61,651 bases of DNA from a virus (Duplodnaviria > Caudoviricetes), in IMG/VR virus record IMGVR_UViG_3300038696_000188, positions 1-61,651 of that record, one strand, 5' to 3'. A program made the translations under genes and the position numbers. The notes below the pieces were generated by a model. It searched no databases, was not told the DNA's origin, and worked only from the letters and a program-made list of their open reading frames with translations. Of this stretch, positions 46,975 through 56,667 are shown piece by piece (the first letter of the stretch is position 1; each line of letters starts with the position of its first letter).

Positions 46975-48801
46975 ATGACGAACGACACCATGGGGCTAGA
47001 AAACGTAAAGCTACACCTTGTGAATGATATTGACACTGCTAATAACTTTTTGTCGTGGCTTAGCGAGCGTCGACCTTTGGATGCTTTAGCAGTGGACATA
47101 GAAACAGGCGAGCTGCCTGGAGGAGAGAAGAACGACGCCCTCTCCCCCTGGAAGGGCCGTATTCGCCTAGCTCAGGTCGGCGACTCGGAGCAGGCTTGGG
47201 CCATCCCATGGGACCACTGGAAGGGTGTCTTCTATCAGGGAATGCGCAAGTACACTGGTCCAATTATCTGCCACAACATTGCTTTTGAGGCACGTTGGTT
47301 TGCTGTTAACTCAGAGTGGGATTTTCCATGGCAGCAAGCTCACGACACGATGCTTATGGCAAAAATTATTGACCCAGTGTCTCCAGCTGGGCTCAAACCG
47401 CTCTCTGCCAGGCTTATAGACGCTAAAGCTGCAAGTTTGCAGGATGTTCTTGCTCAGGAGATGGTCAGTAACGGTTGGACTTGGGGCACAATCCCTGTGG
47501 ACTTTGAACCTTACTGGGCCTACGGCGCACTTGACACTATTCTAACTACCCGCTTATGGCACAAATTTTATGAGCAGTGTGGGCCTGACGGCCCCTACTA
47601 TCAAGCTTACGAGCTAGAAATGGCTACTCGAAAAATTGCAACTCGCATGGAAATTAACGGGGCAAAAGTTGACCTTGAGTACTCTAAAGAAAAGTACGAA
47701 GAGCTTATGGATTTTGCAGAGCGAACCAAGCTCTGGGCGTACAACACCTACAACACGTCTATTACTAGCAATATCCAATTAGTAAGAACGCTTGAGAGTT
47801 TGGGCGCTGTGATTGACGAGGTTACCCCTTCAGGGCAGAAATCTGCTAGCAAAGACCAAATTGCTAAACTATCAATCGAGGGCAACGCTGATGTTAAGAA
47901 TCTAGCGCACGCGGTTCTTCAGCAGAGAAAAGCAGACAAACTTGCAAACACCTATTTCTTAAATTTTCTTAAGAAGAACACTGGGGGCCTTCTGCACCCG
48001 TCTATTAATACGATGGCAGCGAGGACATCTCGCATGTCTATCACAGACCCTGCTCTTCAAACACTGCCCAAGGGGGATGCTACAGTACGTCGTGCGTTTA
48101 TACCAAAAGACGACGACCACGTAATTATTACCTCCGACCTTGACCAGGTTGAGTTCAGAATGTTTGCTTCACTTTCAGCAGACGAGAATTTGATTAATTT
48201 GTTTAATCGTGCAGATGCTGAGGGCTCTGACCCATTCACTGAGATTGGTCGTCAGGTTTACCAGGACCCAACCATGATTAAGTCTGACAAGCGACGCAAC
48301 CTGATTAAGGGTGTGGTTTATGGGCGGTTGTACGGTGCTGGAGTCGCTAAGCAAGCGCTCACTGCGGGGGTGGCAAAGGAGCAAATGCAGGCAGTGTCTG
48401 ACTCTTTTGACTCTAACTACCCAGGGATGGCGCTGTTCCAAAGACAAATTTCTCGATTAGGCGAAGACAGGCTGCATAGTGAGGGTCAGGGGTATGTTAA
48501 AACCTGGACTGGGCGACGCATCCCCTGCGATGACAACAGAACATATAGCCTGGTTAACTATTTGATTCAGGGGGGTGCTGCAGAAGTTTTTAAGAGCAAC
48601 CTTATTAAACTGGACCAAGCGGACTTAACTGAGTATCTTATTGTTCCCGTTCATGACGAAATTGTTTTGCAGGCTCCTCGGAAGGACGCTGAGGAAATTA
48701 AAAGACTAGTTAGAGAGTGTATGACCACAACTGACGGCTGGGCTGTTCCCTTGACGGCTGACGTTGATGGTCCGCTTGAGACCTGGGGGGATAAGTACTG
48801 A
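46975..48801 (+). CDS. polA: DNA polymerase I (family A, 3'-5' exonuclease plus polymerase)
   Basis: DIETG, HNIAFE, HDTML, SDLDQVEFR, KGVVYGRLYG, NYLIQGGAAE, VHDE. Confidence 0.95.
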   Translation: MTNDTMGLENVKLHLVNDIDTANNFLSWLSERRPLDALAVDIETGELPGGEKNDALSPWKGRIRLAQVGDSEQAWAIPWDHWKGVFYQGMRKYTGPIICHNIAFEARWFAVNSEWDFPWQQAHDTMLMAKIIDPVSPAGLKPLSARLIDAKAASLQDVLAQEMVSNGWTWGTIPVDFEPYWAYGALDTILTTRLWHKFYEQCGPDGPYYQAYELEMATRKIATRMEINGAKVDLEYSKEKYEELMDFAERTKLWAYNTYNTSITSNIQLVRTLESLGAVIDEVTPSGQKSASKDQIAKLSIEGNADVKNLAHAVLQQRKADKLANTYFLNFLKKNTGGLLHPSINTMAARTSRMSITDPALQTLPKGDATVRRAFIPKDDDHVIITSDLDQVEFRMFASLSADENLINLFNRADAEGSDPFTEIGRQVYQDPTMIKSDKRRNLIKGVVYGRLYGAGVAKQALTAGVAKEQMQAVSDSFDSNYPGMALFQRQISRLGEDRLHSEGQGYVKTWTGRRIPCDDNRTYSLVNYLIQGGAAEVFKSNLIKLDQADLTEYLIVPVHDEIVLQAPRKDAEEIKRLVRECMTTTDGWAVPLTADVDGPLETWGDKY

Positions 48802-49286
48802 TGAAAGCTGTTCTTGCTGTTGACCCTGGTCTTACTAGCGGATTTTGTTTTATTGTGTGGTCTGGGAATATTGAGGATGACCCTAAAATACTTTCAACGG
48901 TTGAGCTTAAGGAAAACGAGTACGCCACACACATTAGAAAGTATATGGAGAGTTGGGAGGACTACACCGATTTTTTTGTAGTGTGTGAGCGGTTTGTTAT
49001 TAACGCTCAGACTGTGCGTAACTCTCAAGCTCCGTACTCTCTAGAGCAGATTGGCGCTCTTAAGCAAATCTGTCGAGATAGCGGGTACCCTGTGGAAAAA
49101 ATTGTTTTTCAGTCTCCTGTGGATGCAAAAAACATGTTTCCCAACAAAGCTCTTAAAATTTTAGAAAAGTGGCATGTTGGCGGTGCTGGACACGCATTGG
49201 ACGCGATTCGACACGCCCTGCTCACCTTGGTTCGCACATATCGTTGGGTTCCTAGGCTACTATTAGACAACCTGGAAAGTAACTAA
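48801..49286 (+). CDS. RuvC-like Holliday junction resolvase
   Basis: VLAVDPG...VVCERF...HALDAIRH. Confidence 0.7.
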   Translation: MKAVLAVDPGLTSGFCFIVWSGNIEDDPKILSTVELKENEYATHIRKYMESWEDYTDFFVVCERFVINAQTVRNSQAPYSLEQIGALKQICRDSGYPVEKIVFQSPVDAKNMFPNKALKILEKWHVGGAGHALDAIRHALLTLVRTYRWVPRLLLDNLESN

Positions 49287-49350
49287 CAAAAAATTCTTAC
49301 TAACACCACTTAGTGTGGTATCATGATTTTAACGACGTAAAGAGGTAAAA

Positions 49351-51159
49351 TTGCCAGTATTAGTTGACGTAGATAGTCAAAAGTCTCACATTGTAATTAA
49401 CGCTGATTGGCGCTATAAAGAGCTGTGTAAAAGCCTCCCTGGCTCGTCTTGGTCAACAAAAGAGCAGGTGTGGCGTCTCCCCCTGAGTTGGGCAAGCTGC
49501 CTCGCTTTGCGCTCCACATTTAAAGATGACTTGACTATTGGAGCCGAGTTGACCGCTTGGGCAGAGAACCTCGTAACCACTCGTATACAGCCCTCAGTGG
49601 CCCTCAGGGAGCTTGAAGAACATGAGGGGGACGAAGACCTATTCCCCCATCAAAGGGCGGGAGTTGCCTTCTTGGCGACCGCTAGGAGGGCTCTCTTGGC
49701 TGACGAGCCAGGGCTTGGCAAAACTGCTCAGGCCATCCGTGCTTTGAAGCGCCTAAAAGACCAGGGAGAGGGAGTATTTCCAGCTTTGATTGTTTGCCCC
49801 AACACGTTAAAGAAGACATGGGAGCGTGAGTTTGAGAAGTGGTGGCCTGAAGTTACAATTCAAGTTGTGAAGGGCACAGCCACCCAGCGGAAGAAACAAT
49901 TTGAAATTGGCGTTGAGAGTAGCGTTGATGTTTTTGTTGTGAACTGGGAGTCACTTCGTACGCACTCAAGGCTTGCGCCATATGGCTCAGTTGCTCTTAC
50001 TCGGTGCGCAGAGTGCGGTGGGCACGATGAGGGCATTAGCATCACTAGATGTGAAGTCCACCTTCGTGAACTAAACCACATTGATTTTAAAGCCGTAGTT
50101 GCTGATGAGATTCACCGCTCCAAGGACCCCAAGTCAAAACAATCCAGAGCGCTGTGGTCTGCAACAGGAGATGCCGATGTTCGATTTGCTTTGACGGGAA
50201 CCCCTATTGCAAATAACGTAGTGGACCTGTGGAGTATTTTGCACTGGATTTCCCCAGGGGACTGGCCAAGCAAAACAAAGTGGATGGAAAGAATGGTTGA
50301 CACTATTCTTAACGCATTTGGTGGTCTACTTGTTCTTGGGGTGAAGCCACACATGCAAGACGAATTCTACAAAACTGTGAACCCGAAGATGCGTCGAATG
50401 CTCAAGCAAAAAGTTTTACCCTGGTTGCCCGAAATGGTGTTTGAGCGTAGAGACATTGAGATGTCAACTAAGCAGAAAAAAGCTTATGTTCAGATGCGCG
50501 AGACTATGATGGCTGAGCTTGAGGGTGGGGAGCTAATCACGGCTCCTAGCGTTTTGACCCAGACAACCAGGCTATTGCAATTTGCCAGCTCCTACGCAGA
50601 GATGGCAGTGAGCGAAACCACAGGGGAGCAAAAAACTCTTCTCTCAGAGCCTTCTTGTAAAGTTGATGCTCTGATGGCTGACATCAAGGCAAAAGATTTT
50701 GGTGACGACTCTGTGGCGGTATGTGCTGTTTCGCGTCAGCTCATTGAGCTACTAAGTGCAGCTATGACCAAAGCTGTTATCCCTCATGGACTTATTACGG
50801 GTGCCCAAGACGAAGACCAGCGTCAGCAAGCAATTGATGATTTTCAGTCTGGTAAAACTAAATGGATTCTCTACACGGCGCAGGCTGGAGGTGTGGGCGT
50901 GACTCTCACAGCAGCCCGTCGTTTGGTAATGCTACAGCGCCCATGGTCTTTGGTAGACCATAAGCAGGCCCTCGACCGCGTTCACCGCATTGGCTCTGAG
51001 ATTCACGACTCTATTATCGTTACGGACTACATTACCGAGGGGACCATCGAGGAACGTGTTCTGCAAGTTTTAGAAACTAAAGCAGACAATTTTGAGCAGA
51101 TTGTGCGTGATAAGGACCAGCTCCTCACCATGCTAAAAGAAGAGAAGGGCAAGAAATGA
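49351..51159 (+). CDS. SNF2-family helicase
   Basis: LADEPGLGKT, DEIH, LTGTP, QALDRVHRIG. Confidence 0.92.
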   Translation: MPVLVDVDSQKSHIVINADWRYKELCKSLPGSSWSTKEQVWRLPLSWASCLALRSTFKDDLTIGAELTAWAENLVTTRIQPSVALRELEEHEGDEDLFPHQRAGVAFLATARRALLADEPGLGKTAQAIRALKRLKDQGEGVFPALIVCPNTLKKTWEREFEKWWPEVTIQVVKGTATQRKKQFEIGVESSVDVFVVNWESLRTHSRLAPYGSVALTRCAECGGHDEGISITRCEVHLRELNHIDFKAVVADEIHRSKDPKSKQSRALWSATGDADVRFALTGTPIANNVVDLWSILHWISPGDWPSKTKWMERMVDTILNAFGGLLVLGVKPHMQDEFYKTVNPKMRRMLKQKVLPWLPEMVFERRDIEMSTKQKKAYVQMRETMMAELEGGELITAPSVLTQTTRLLQFASSYAEMAVSETTGEQKTLLSEPSCKVDALMADIKAKDFGDDSVAVCAVSRQLIELLSAAMTKAVIPHGLITGAQDEDQRQQAIDDFQSGKTKWILYTAQAGGVGVTLTAARRLVMLQRPWSLVDHKQALDRVHRIGSEIHDSIIVTDYITEGTIEERVLQVLETKADNFEQIVRDKDQLLTMLKEEKGKK

Positions 51160-52085
51160 GTGAAATAGTACGAATCAGTAACTCTGAAATTCAAACGTTT
51201 AAAGACTGCCGACGCAAGTGGTGGTTTCAGTACTATCGTCGTCTCCAGAAAAAAGAGCGTCGATTCACTGGTCCTTTAGCTTTGGGCTCACGTATTCACG
51301 AAGCACTAGATATGTACTACGCCACAGGGACTCCTTTAGTTACGGCACACAATGAGCTTGTAGCAGCTGAAAAAGAGATTCTTCTTTCTGACTTCCGAGA
51401 TGTCTCTGAGCTGGAGAAAGAAGCAGAGCTTGGGCACATTATGCTGGAGGGCTACCTGCAGTGGGTAGAGGAAAACGGCATCGATGCTGAACTAGAGATG
51501 ATTTCTACTGAAGAGACTTTGACGATGCCGATGTTTAACGGAGAAGTTGAGCTCCAAGGCAAGCTAGACATGCGTGTCCGTCGCAAGGGGGACGGCGTCC
51601 GTATGTTCCGCGACTTCAAAACCGTTGGTGGTTCGCTCAGTGAGTTTGCTAATCTAGCTCCCATGAATGAGCAGGTTCTCACCTACATGCTCCTTGAGCA
51701 GCACAGGAACACAGACGGGGAGCGTTCCGAAGGCGGAATATTCACTCTCTTGAAAAAGGTTCGTCGGACAGCAAATGCTCACCCGCCCTTCTATGACCAA
51801 TTAGAAGTCCGACACAACGTCTTCACCTTAAGGTCTTTTTGGGACCGTATCCACGGCAATGTTGCAGACATGATGCGTGTCCGCAAAGCTTTGGATGAGG
51901 GGGAGAACCCAGCCTTTCACGCGTACCCACGGCCCAGCCGTGATTGCAAGTGGAAGTGCCCATTCTTCACCGTATGCACGCTTGTCGATGACGGTTCTGG
52001 CGCAGAGCAAGCGATTGAAGTTATGTTCGAAACAGCCGACCCATATGCATACTATGGAGACTCTGAGAAAAAAGGAAGTGAGTGA
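51156..52085 (+). CDS. PD-(D/E)XK (Cas4/RecB-like) exonuclease
   Basis: SNSEI..FKDC, GKLD, DFKT, QVLTY, C-terminal CKWKCPF..C. Confidence 0.85.
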   Translation: MSEIVRISNSEIQTFKDCRRKWWFQYYRRLQKKERRFTGPLALGSRIHEALDMYYATGTPLVTAHNELVAAEKEILLSDFRDVSELEKEAELGHIMLEGYLQWVEENGIDAELEMISTEETLTMPMFNGEVELQGKLDMRVRRKGDGVRMFRDFKTVGGSLSEFANLAPMNEQVLTYMLLEQHRNTDGERSEGGIFTLLKKVRRTANAHPPFYDQLEVRHNVFTLRSFWDRIHGNVADMMRVRKALDEGENPAFHAYPRPSRDCKWKCPFFTVCTLVDDGSGAEQAIEVMFETADPYAYYGDSEKKGSE

Positions 52086-52088
52086 CGA

Positions 52089-52868
52089 ATGAGTGAAATT
52101 CAACGGTCTTTGACCGTTATGGTTTACGGTGAGTCAAAGGTGGGTAAATCCTCCTTCGCTGTAACAGCTCCTTATCCGCGTCTCATGCTTGATGTGGAGG
52201 GTGGACATCGGTTCCTACCCATCACTGTTAAGTACTGGGACCCGCTCCGCGAAGAACCCCCCGTCGCGGATGGGACTTGGGACACGGTTGTGGTCACAGT
52301 ACGTGACTATGACACAGTGCTCAAGACCTACCAGTGGTTGCAACTTGGCAATCACCAATTTAATAGCTTGATTATTGACTCAATTTCTGAGTTACAAGTT
52401 AAGGCAATGGATAGCATCGCTGGAAACGAGCAGATGAAGATGCAACAGTGGGGCGAGCTTTTGCGCCACATGGGCTCTCTTTTGCGTGACCTGCGTGACC
52501 TAACCATGCACCCAACAAAGCCACTCGAGGCTGTAGTTCTTACTGCAATGTCTCGAGTAACCCAGGATGGCAAACACCGCCCATACCTGCAGGGGCAACT
52601 CGCAATTCAGGCACCGTATTTTTACGATATTCTCGGTGCCCTGGCTGCAGAGGAGTTCCCAAATCAAGACCCGCTTGGTGCGCCACACAGGGTGCGTCGT
52701 ATGTACGTTGAACGTACCAACGAGTACGAGGCGGGTGAGCGTGTCCAGGGTCGCCTGGGTGCGGTAGTTGAACAGCAGAATCTCAGTATTGAGATGATGT
52801 TGGACAACATTTTTGGTCCCAAACAGGAGGCCAAAACTACTGAAAAGAAAGAAGAGGCAAACAAATGA
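52089..52868 (+). CDS. AAA_24 / Sak4-like ATPase
   Basis: Walker A GESKVGKS, LDVEGG, IIDSISE. Confidence 0.85.
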   Translation: MSEIQRSLTVMVYGESKVGKSSFAVTAPYPRLMLDVEGGHRFLPITVKYWDPLREEPPVADGTWDTVVVTVRDYDTVLKTYQWLQLGNHQFNSLIIDSISELQVKAMDSIAGNEQMKMQQWGELLRHMGSLLRDLRDLTMHPTKPLEAVVLTAMSRVTQDGKHRPYLQGQLAIQAPYFYDILGALAAEEFPNQDPLGAPHRVRRMYVERTNEYEAGERVQGRLGAVVEQQNLSIEMMLDNIFGPKQEAKTTEKKEEANK

Positions 52869-53398
52869 CAACACTTGATTGGGCACAACTTATCAAGGAC
52901 GCAGCAGACAGTTCTGGTGGCGGAAACTACGAGCCACTCCCCGACGGTGACTACGAGTTTTCTGTCGCAGAAGCTCCTGCCACTGAAACACAGACTGGAA
53001 AGACTATGTTTAAGCTGAAGGCGCAGGTTCAGGGCGGTGCCCACGACAAGCGTCTTGTTTGGGACAACTTGGTTGTCTCACCTGGGAACTCGACTGCTCT
53101 TGGCATTTTCTTTAGGAAGATGTCTTGCATGGGTCTGACTCAGGAGTTCTTTGACCGCACTCCCACTAACGAGCAGATTTCTGCTGCAATGGTTGGGCGT
53201 CGATTCCGTGGTCAGGTTGGGAGCCGTACTTACAACGGCAAGACCTCAAACGAAATTAAGAACTACTACCCTTCTCAGGGTGGTGCCGTCCCAGGTGCCC
53301 CTACGCAGGTAGCTTCTGCGTCAGCACCAGCACCAGCACCAGCACCAGCACCAGCACCAGCACCAGCACCAAGCGCAGCCCCTTCGGCTCCGTTTTAA
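52865..53398 (+). CDS. DUF669-family ssDNA-binding protein
   Basis: YEPLPDGDY...TGKTM...VWDNL...NEIK; PA linker; C-terminal APF. Confidence 0.8.
   Translation: MTTLDWAQLIKDAADSSGGGNYEPLPDGDYEFSVAEAPATETQTGKTMFKLKAQVQGGAHDKRLVWDNLVVSPGNSTALGIFFRKMSCMGLTQEFFDRTPTNEQISAAMVGRRFRGQVGSRTYNGKTSNEIKNYYPSQGGAVPGAPTQVASASAPAPAPAPAPAPAPAPSAAPSAPF
53322..53371. repeat. (CAGCAC)n microsatellite encoding the Pro-Ala linker
   Basis: About 8 perfect hexamer copies. Confidence 0.85.
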
Positions 53399-53405
53399 TG
53401 GTAAC

Positions 53406-53439
53406 GCCAGGGTGTCGTTCTTATGAACGGCACCCTGGC
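53406..53439 (+). terminator. Stem-loop after the SSB gene
   Basis: GCCAGGGTGTCGTTC-TTAT-GAACGGCACCCTGGC. Confidence 0.6.
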
Positions 53440-53460
53440 ACCCACAACACAAGGACAAAG

Positions 53461-54477
53461 ATGAAAGTACTAATTACAGGAAGCACTAGTCCCCAAGCTT
53501 CAGTTAAAACTGCTACACGAACTCCGACTTTTGCATCACTACTCTCTCACTCTTTTATTTCCCAAGGTATCTCCGCAGAGCTGGTAGAGCCATCTACTGA
53601 ACTGACAACAGAAAAACTTGACAAGTACGATGCTATTTTTGTTGGCATTGCGCCCCCCACTAGTCTTTCGGCAAATCGTGTATACCCCGCTTTTGCTGTG
53701 GCAAATAGGGCTCGACACTTGGGCAAGCTAGTTCTGTTTATCGATGCCCCTGAGCCCTACAAAATTCAAGCATCCTTAAAATCTTGCTATTTAAATATTT
53801 CAGACTTACAGAAAAACTTTTACTGGCGGCGTAAGTCCTTCCATGAGTTCACAGAGACTGTTGAATTTCAAGAGGAAGTTTACCAGTTTATAGAATTTCT
53901 TTACACCGAAGAGTGGCCTACACTTCTCTACCCAGCCTTCCCATGGTTTCCTCAAGAGCTTATCTCTAAGGCTCTCCCTAATGCTACAAATTCTGTCCCT
54001 GTAAATCTAGATGAGACTCTTATTCAAGTGGGGCGAATAAGCCCCGACTTAGAGGCTGATAGAACATACTGGACATGCGATGCCCCTCGAACAAAATGGG
54101 CAGCTAAAGTATCAAACACTCTCGCTCTACCTGTGATGTCTACAAGGAAAAGCCGCTGGGATTTAGAAGATATAACTCTGACTAGAATGAGGCGAGGTGT
54201 TGGAACTCTGATTTCTTTGTACAGAAGTGATGAGCCATGGTGGTCTCCCGCTCTTTCACAATCTCTGAGTCAGGGAGTTCCTGTTGTTACCGATTGGAGA
54301 TTTAGTCAGGCCTTGGGGGCAGAGTGGTCGTACTTGCCTTCTTCTGTAGAAAGCATGTCGACTCCTGAAAGATTTGAATTAGCCGTATCCCAAAGAGATT
54401 TTTACTTAGGGTCCATTTCTACATGGCAAATGGATTTTAGTGAAATAAGAAAAAATAAAGAACCGACACTAGTGTAG
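53461..54477 (+). CDS. Putative GT-B-fold glycosyltransferase-like protein
   Basis: MKVLITG start after AAGGA; C-terminal QSLSQGVPVVTD resembles GT-B EA...G.PVV.D. Confidence 0.45.
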   Translation: MKVLITGSTSPQASVKTATRTPTFASLLSHSFISQGISAELVEPSTELTTEKLDKYDAIFVGIAPPTSLSANRVYPAFAVANRARHLGKLVLFIDAPEPYKIQASLKSCYLNISDLQKNFYWRRKSFHEFTETVEFQEEVYQFIEFLYTEEWPTLLYPAFPWFPQELISKALPNATNSVPVNLDETLIQVGRISPDLEADRTYWTCDAPRTKWAAKVSNTLALPVMSTRKSRWDLEDITLTRMRRGVGTLISLYRSDEPWWSPALSQSLSQGVPVVTDWRFSQALGAEWSYLPSSVESMSTPERFELAVSQRDFYLGSISTWQMDFSEIRKNKEPTLV

Positions 54478-54490
54478 AGAGGAGCCCAAG

Positions 54491-54910
54491 ATGGGACTCG
54501 ACATAAAATGGATTAAAGAGCAGCTACAAGCTGCTAAGGTACGGAAACCAGTGGGCGACGCAACAATGAAGCTGGTTGAACTGGTTGACTCGACTGAGCT
54601 AACAGAAGAGCAGCGAGAGCAAACTATTGAAATGTTTGCCAAGCTAGCTAGAGGGCACGCTCACGTCAAAATTAATAAAAAAGAGACTTGGCTGCCAGCA
54701 CGTCCTGGTGACATTAAAGTTGCTGATAGGGTACGCGTGAAAGCAGACGCCTTCACTAGTGATGCTGGTGTTCTCCATAACGGACGCTCTGGCGTGGTTG
54801 TAGGTGTCCGCTACGGTGACGTAATTATAAAAAGCAACGACGGCAAAGAGCCTGTTCTTGACGGGGCCCACTACTCTCCACACGCATTGGAGAAACTAGT
54901 AAATGAGTAA
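54491..54910 (+). CDS. Hypothetical protein with SH3/KOW-like C-terminus
   Basis: RBS GAGGAG; IKVADRVRV...NGRSGVVVGV. Confidence 0.7.
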   Translation: MGLDIKWIKEQLQAAKVRKPVGDATMKLVELVDSTELTEEQREQTIEMFAKLARGHAHVKINKKETWLPARPGDIKVADRVRVKADAFTSDAGVLHNGRSGVVVGVRYGDVIIKSNDGKEPVLDGAHYSPHALEKLVNE

Positions 54911-55151
54911 AAGCACAACATTTACTTTTGATGTTACTGGCGACAGCTACGAAGAGCTTGCGTCTAAGGCTGACAACATTATCTCTCGGTTTATGTCCCT
55001 ACCCGATGAGGATGAATTTGACGACGAAAATCATTTTGTAGGTCACACCGTGAATGCTCGAATAAACTACGAAATGGTGGTGCGTATAAGTGACGACATT
55101 TCTAGCGAGTACGAGTACGAAGCGCAGGTAATTGCAAAAATTAGAAACTAG
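54903..55151 (+). CDS. Acidic hypothetical protein
   Basis: Overlap; RBS GGAG. Confidence 0.65.
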   Translation: MSKSTTFTFDVTGDSYEELASKADNIISRFMSLPDEDEFDDENHFVGHTVNARINYEMVVRISDDISSEYEYEAQVIAKIRN

Positions 55152-55196
55152 CGCTAGGCTCTAAACACAACGACGCACACCGACGAAAGGCAACTA

Positions 55197-55481
55197 GTGA
55201 GACAACCATGGGAGTACGAAGAGCCAGCTTGTGCAGAGGTCGGAACTAATTTATTTTTTCAAGCCGACTCTGACGACCCAGGTCAAAAAGTAGTAGACCG
55301 TGACCACAGGCATGCTCGCTCTGTGTGCGGTACCTGCCCACACCGCATAGAGTGTGCAGAGTGGGGCATAAACAACGAGGTATACGGAGTATGGGGAGGC
55401 TTATCCCCTCGAGAGCTGTCCAATACGCGAAGAAAGTTGGGGGTTATTATTGCGCCAAGGGTAGACATATCCAGGCTATAG
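55197..55481 (+). CDS. whiB: WhiB-family transcription factor
   Basis: C...FF...CGTCPHRIEC...GVWGGLS. Confidence 0.92.
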   Translation: MRQPWEYEEPACAEVGTNLFFQADSDDPGQKVVDRDHRHARSVCGTCPHRIECAEWGINNEVYGVWGGLSPRELSNTRRKLGVIIAPRVDISRL

Positions 55482-55488
55482 TTAGTAT

Positions 55489-55743
55489 ATGAGCGCAGAG
55501 TCAGTTCAATCCCCTATGGCAGTTTGTGAGGCTTGCTACGTAAAAAAGTACGCTGAGTGGGAGCCAGAAAGTGTAGACGAGCGCGGCAACATACTTATGC
55601 GCTTAAAAAGAATTCCTACACCCAATCAGTATGAACTTGGTGTAGTGGAGACGTGTCACAACTGCGGCTCTATAACTGTATGCGGAATTTACGATATGGC
55701 TGAGCCAACAATAGTGTTCCCCGAAGACGAAGAACTTTTCTAA
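55489..55743 (+). CDS. Zinc-binding hypothetical protein (leaderless)
   Basis: CEAC and CHNC; TATAGT-N6-ATG. Confidence 0.7.
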   Translation: MSAESVQSPMAVCEACYVKKYAEWEPESVDERGNILMRLKRIPTPNQYELGVVETCHNCGSITVCGIYDMAEPTIVFPEDEELF

Positions 55744-56078
55744 TGCGGGACATAAGGCACGGAGAGCACCTCTGGCACTTTTGGGAGGGTGAGGGATACT
55801 TTTCTGACGCCTACTCCACTTTGATATATTATACAGAAGGTACCGTTGACATTGACAATGAGGTTGTTAGACGAGCGCTAGCTTCCACTTTGCAACGAGA
55901 CGGACTTGCTGACAGCCTTTCAGATGGCTTTAAAATGCTTGAGGGGTCAACTTCTAGGGGCGGCTTTGCTGGATTTATTTCTGGAGAATCTGAGCACACG
56001 GTGTGTGATGAGGGTGGCCTCACTGAGTACGGAGATACTGTAGATAAAATTTTAGAGATTACTTGGATAGAATTTTAG
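55743..56078 (+). CDS. Hypothetical protein
   Basis: TAATG coupling. Confidence 0.7.
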   Translation: MRDIRHGEHLWHFWEGEGYFSDAYSTLIYYTEGTVDIDNEVVRRALASTLQRDGLADSLSDGFKMLEGSTSRGGFAGFISGESEHTVCDEGGLTEYGDTVDKILEITWIEF

Positions 56079-56130
56079 TGCTACGGTTGTATTCTGTCAA
56101 TTAGCTACAACCATTTGCTAAACTAGATAT

Positions 56131-56667
56131 GTGTGGAACCCAGCGACAAATCTAAAATGGCAGAAAGATTCTCTCTGTGCGGCACCAGAGAACAAAGAAG
56201 CCATGGAGTGGTTTTTCTCTAAAGAACCAAAAGAAAAATACGCTGCAAAAAATATTTGCTTTAGCTGCCCAGTAAGAAAGCAATGTCTCCAGTGGGCACT
56301 TGAACACCGTCAAATTTGGGGTATCTGGGGCGGCAAGGATGAGGTAGAGATGCGTAGAACGCTCTCAGTGTCGTACAAAGGCGAGGAAGCCCGACGCCGT
56401 AGATTTCCTAATTGTCCATACTGCACCGCTCGACCTTCCAAACTTGAGACTAGCTCTGTTGAGGTGCCTGGCGGTGGCAGATGGACAACAGCAAGAATAG
56501 TGACGTGCACATCTTGCAATTTTGCATGGCGCAGCCGAACAAGTGCAAACGCTGTGGAAGCCTACAAACAGCAACGAGAAGGACGCGCTGTCAAGAAAGC
56601 AAAAGAAAAAGAAAAAGAAGCTATCAAACTAGCAAAGTCTGAAAGTCGAAAGCGTAAAGCTACCTAG
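56131..56667 (+). CDS. whiB: WhiB-family factor with C-terminal zinc ribbon
   Basis: C...FF...CFSCPVRKQC...GIWGG, then CPYC...CTSC and a basic tail; leaderless TAAACT-N6-GTG. Confidence 0.88.
   Translation: MWNPATNLKWQKDSLCAAPENKEAMEWFFSKEPKEKYAAKNICFSCPVRKQCLQWALEHRQIWGIWGGKDEVEMRRTLSVSYKGEEARRRRFPNCPYCTARPSKLETSSVEVPGGGRWTTARIVTCTSCNFAWRSRTSANAVEAYKQQREGRAVKKAKEKEKEAIKLAKSESRKRKAT

Noticed and set aside
53322-53371. Hexamer microsatellite as a phase-variation switch
   Set aside because: The unit is a multiple of 3 and only changes the length of a Pro-Ala linker.
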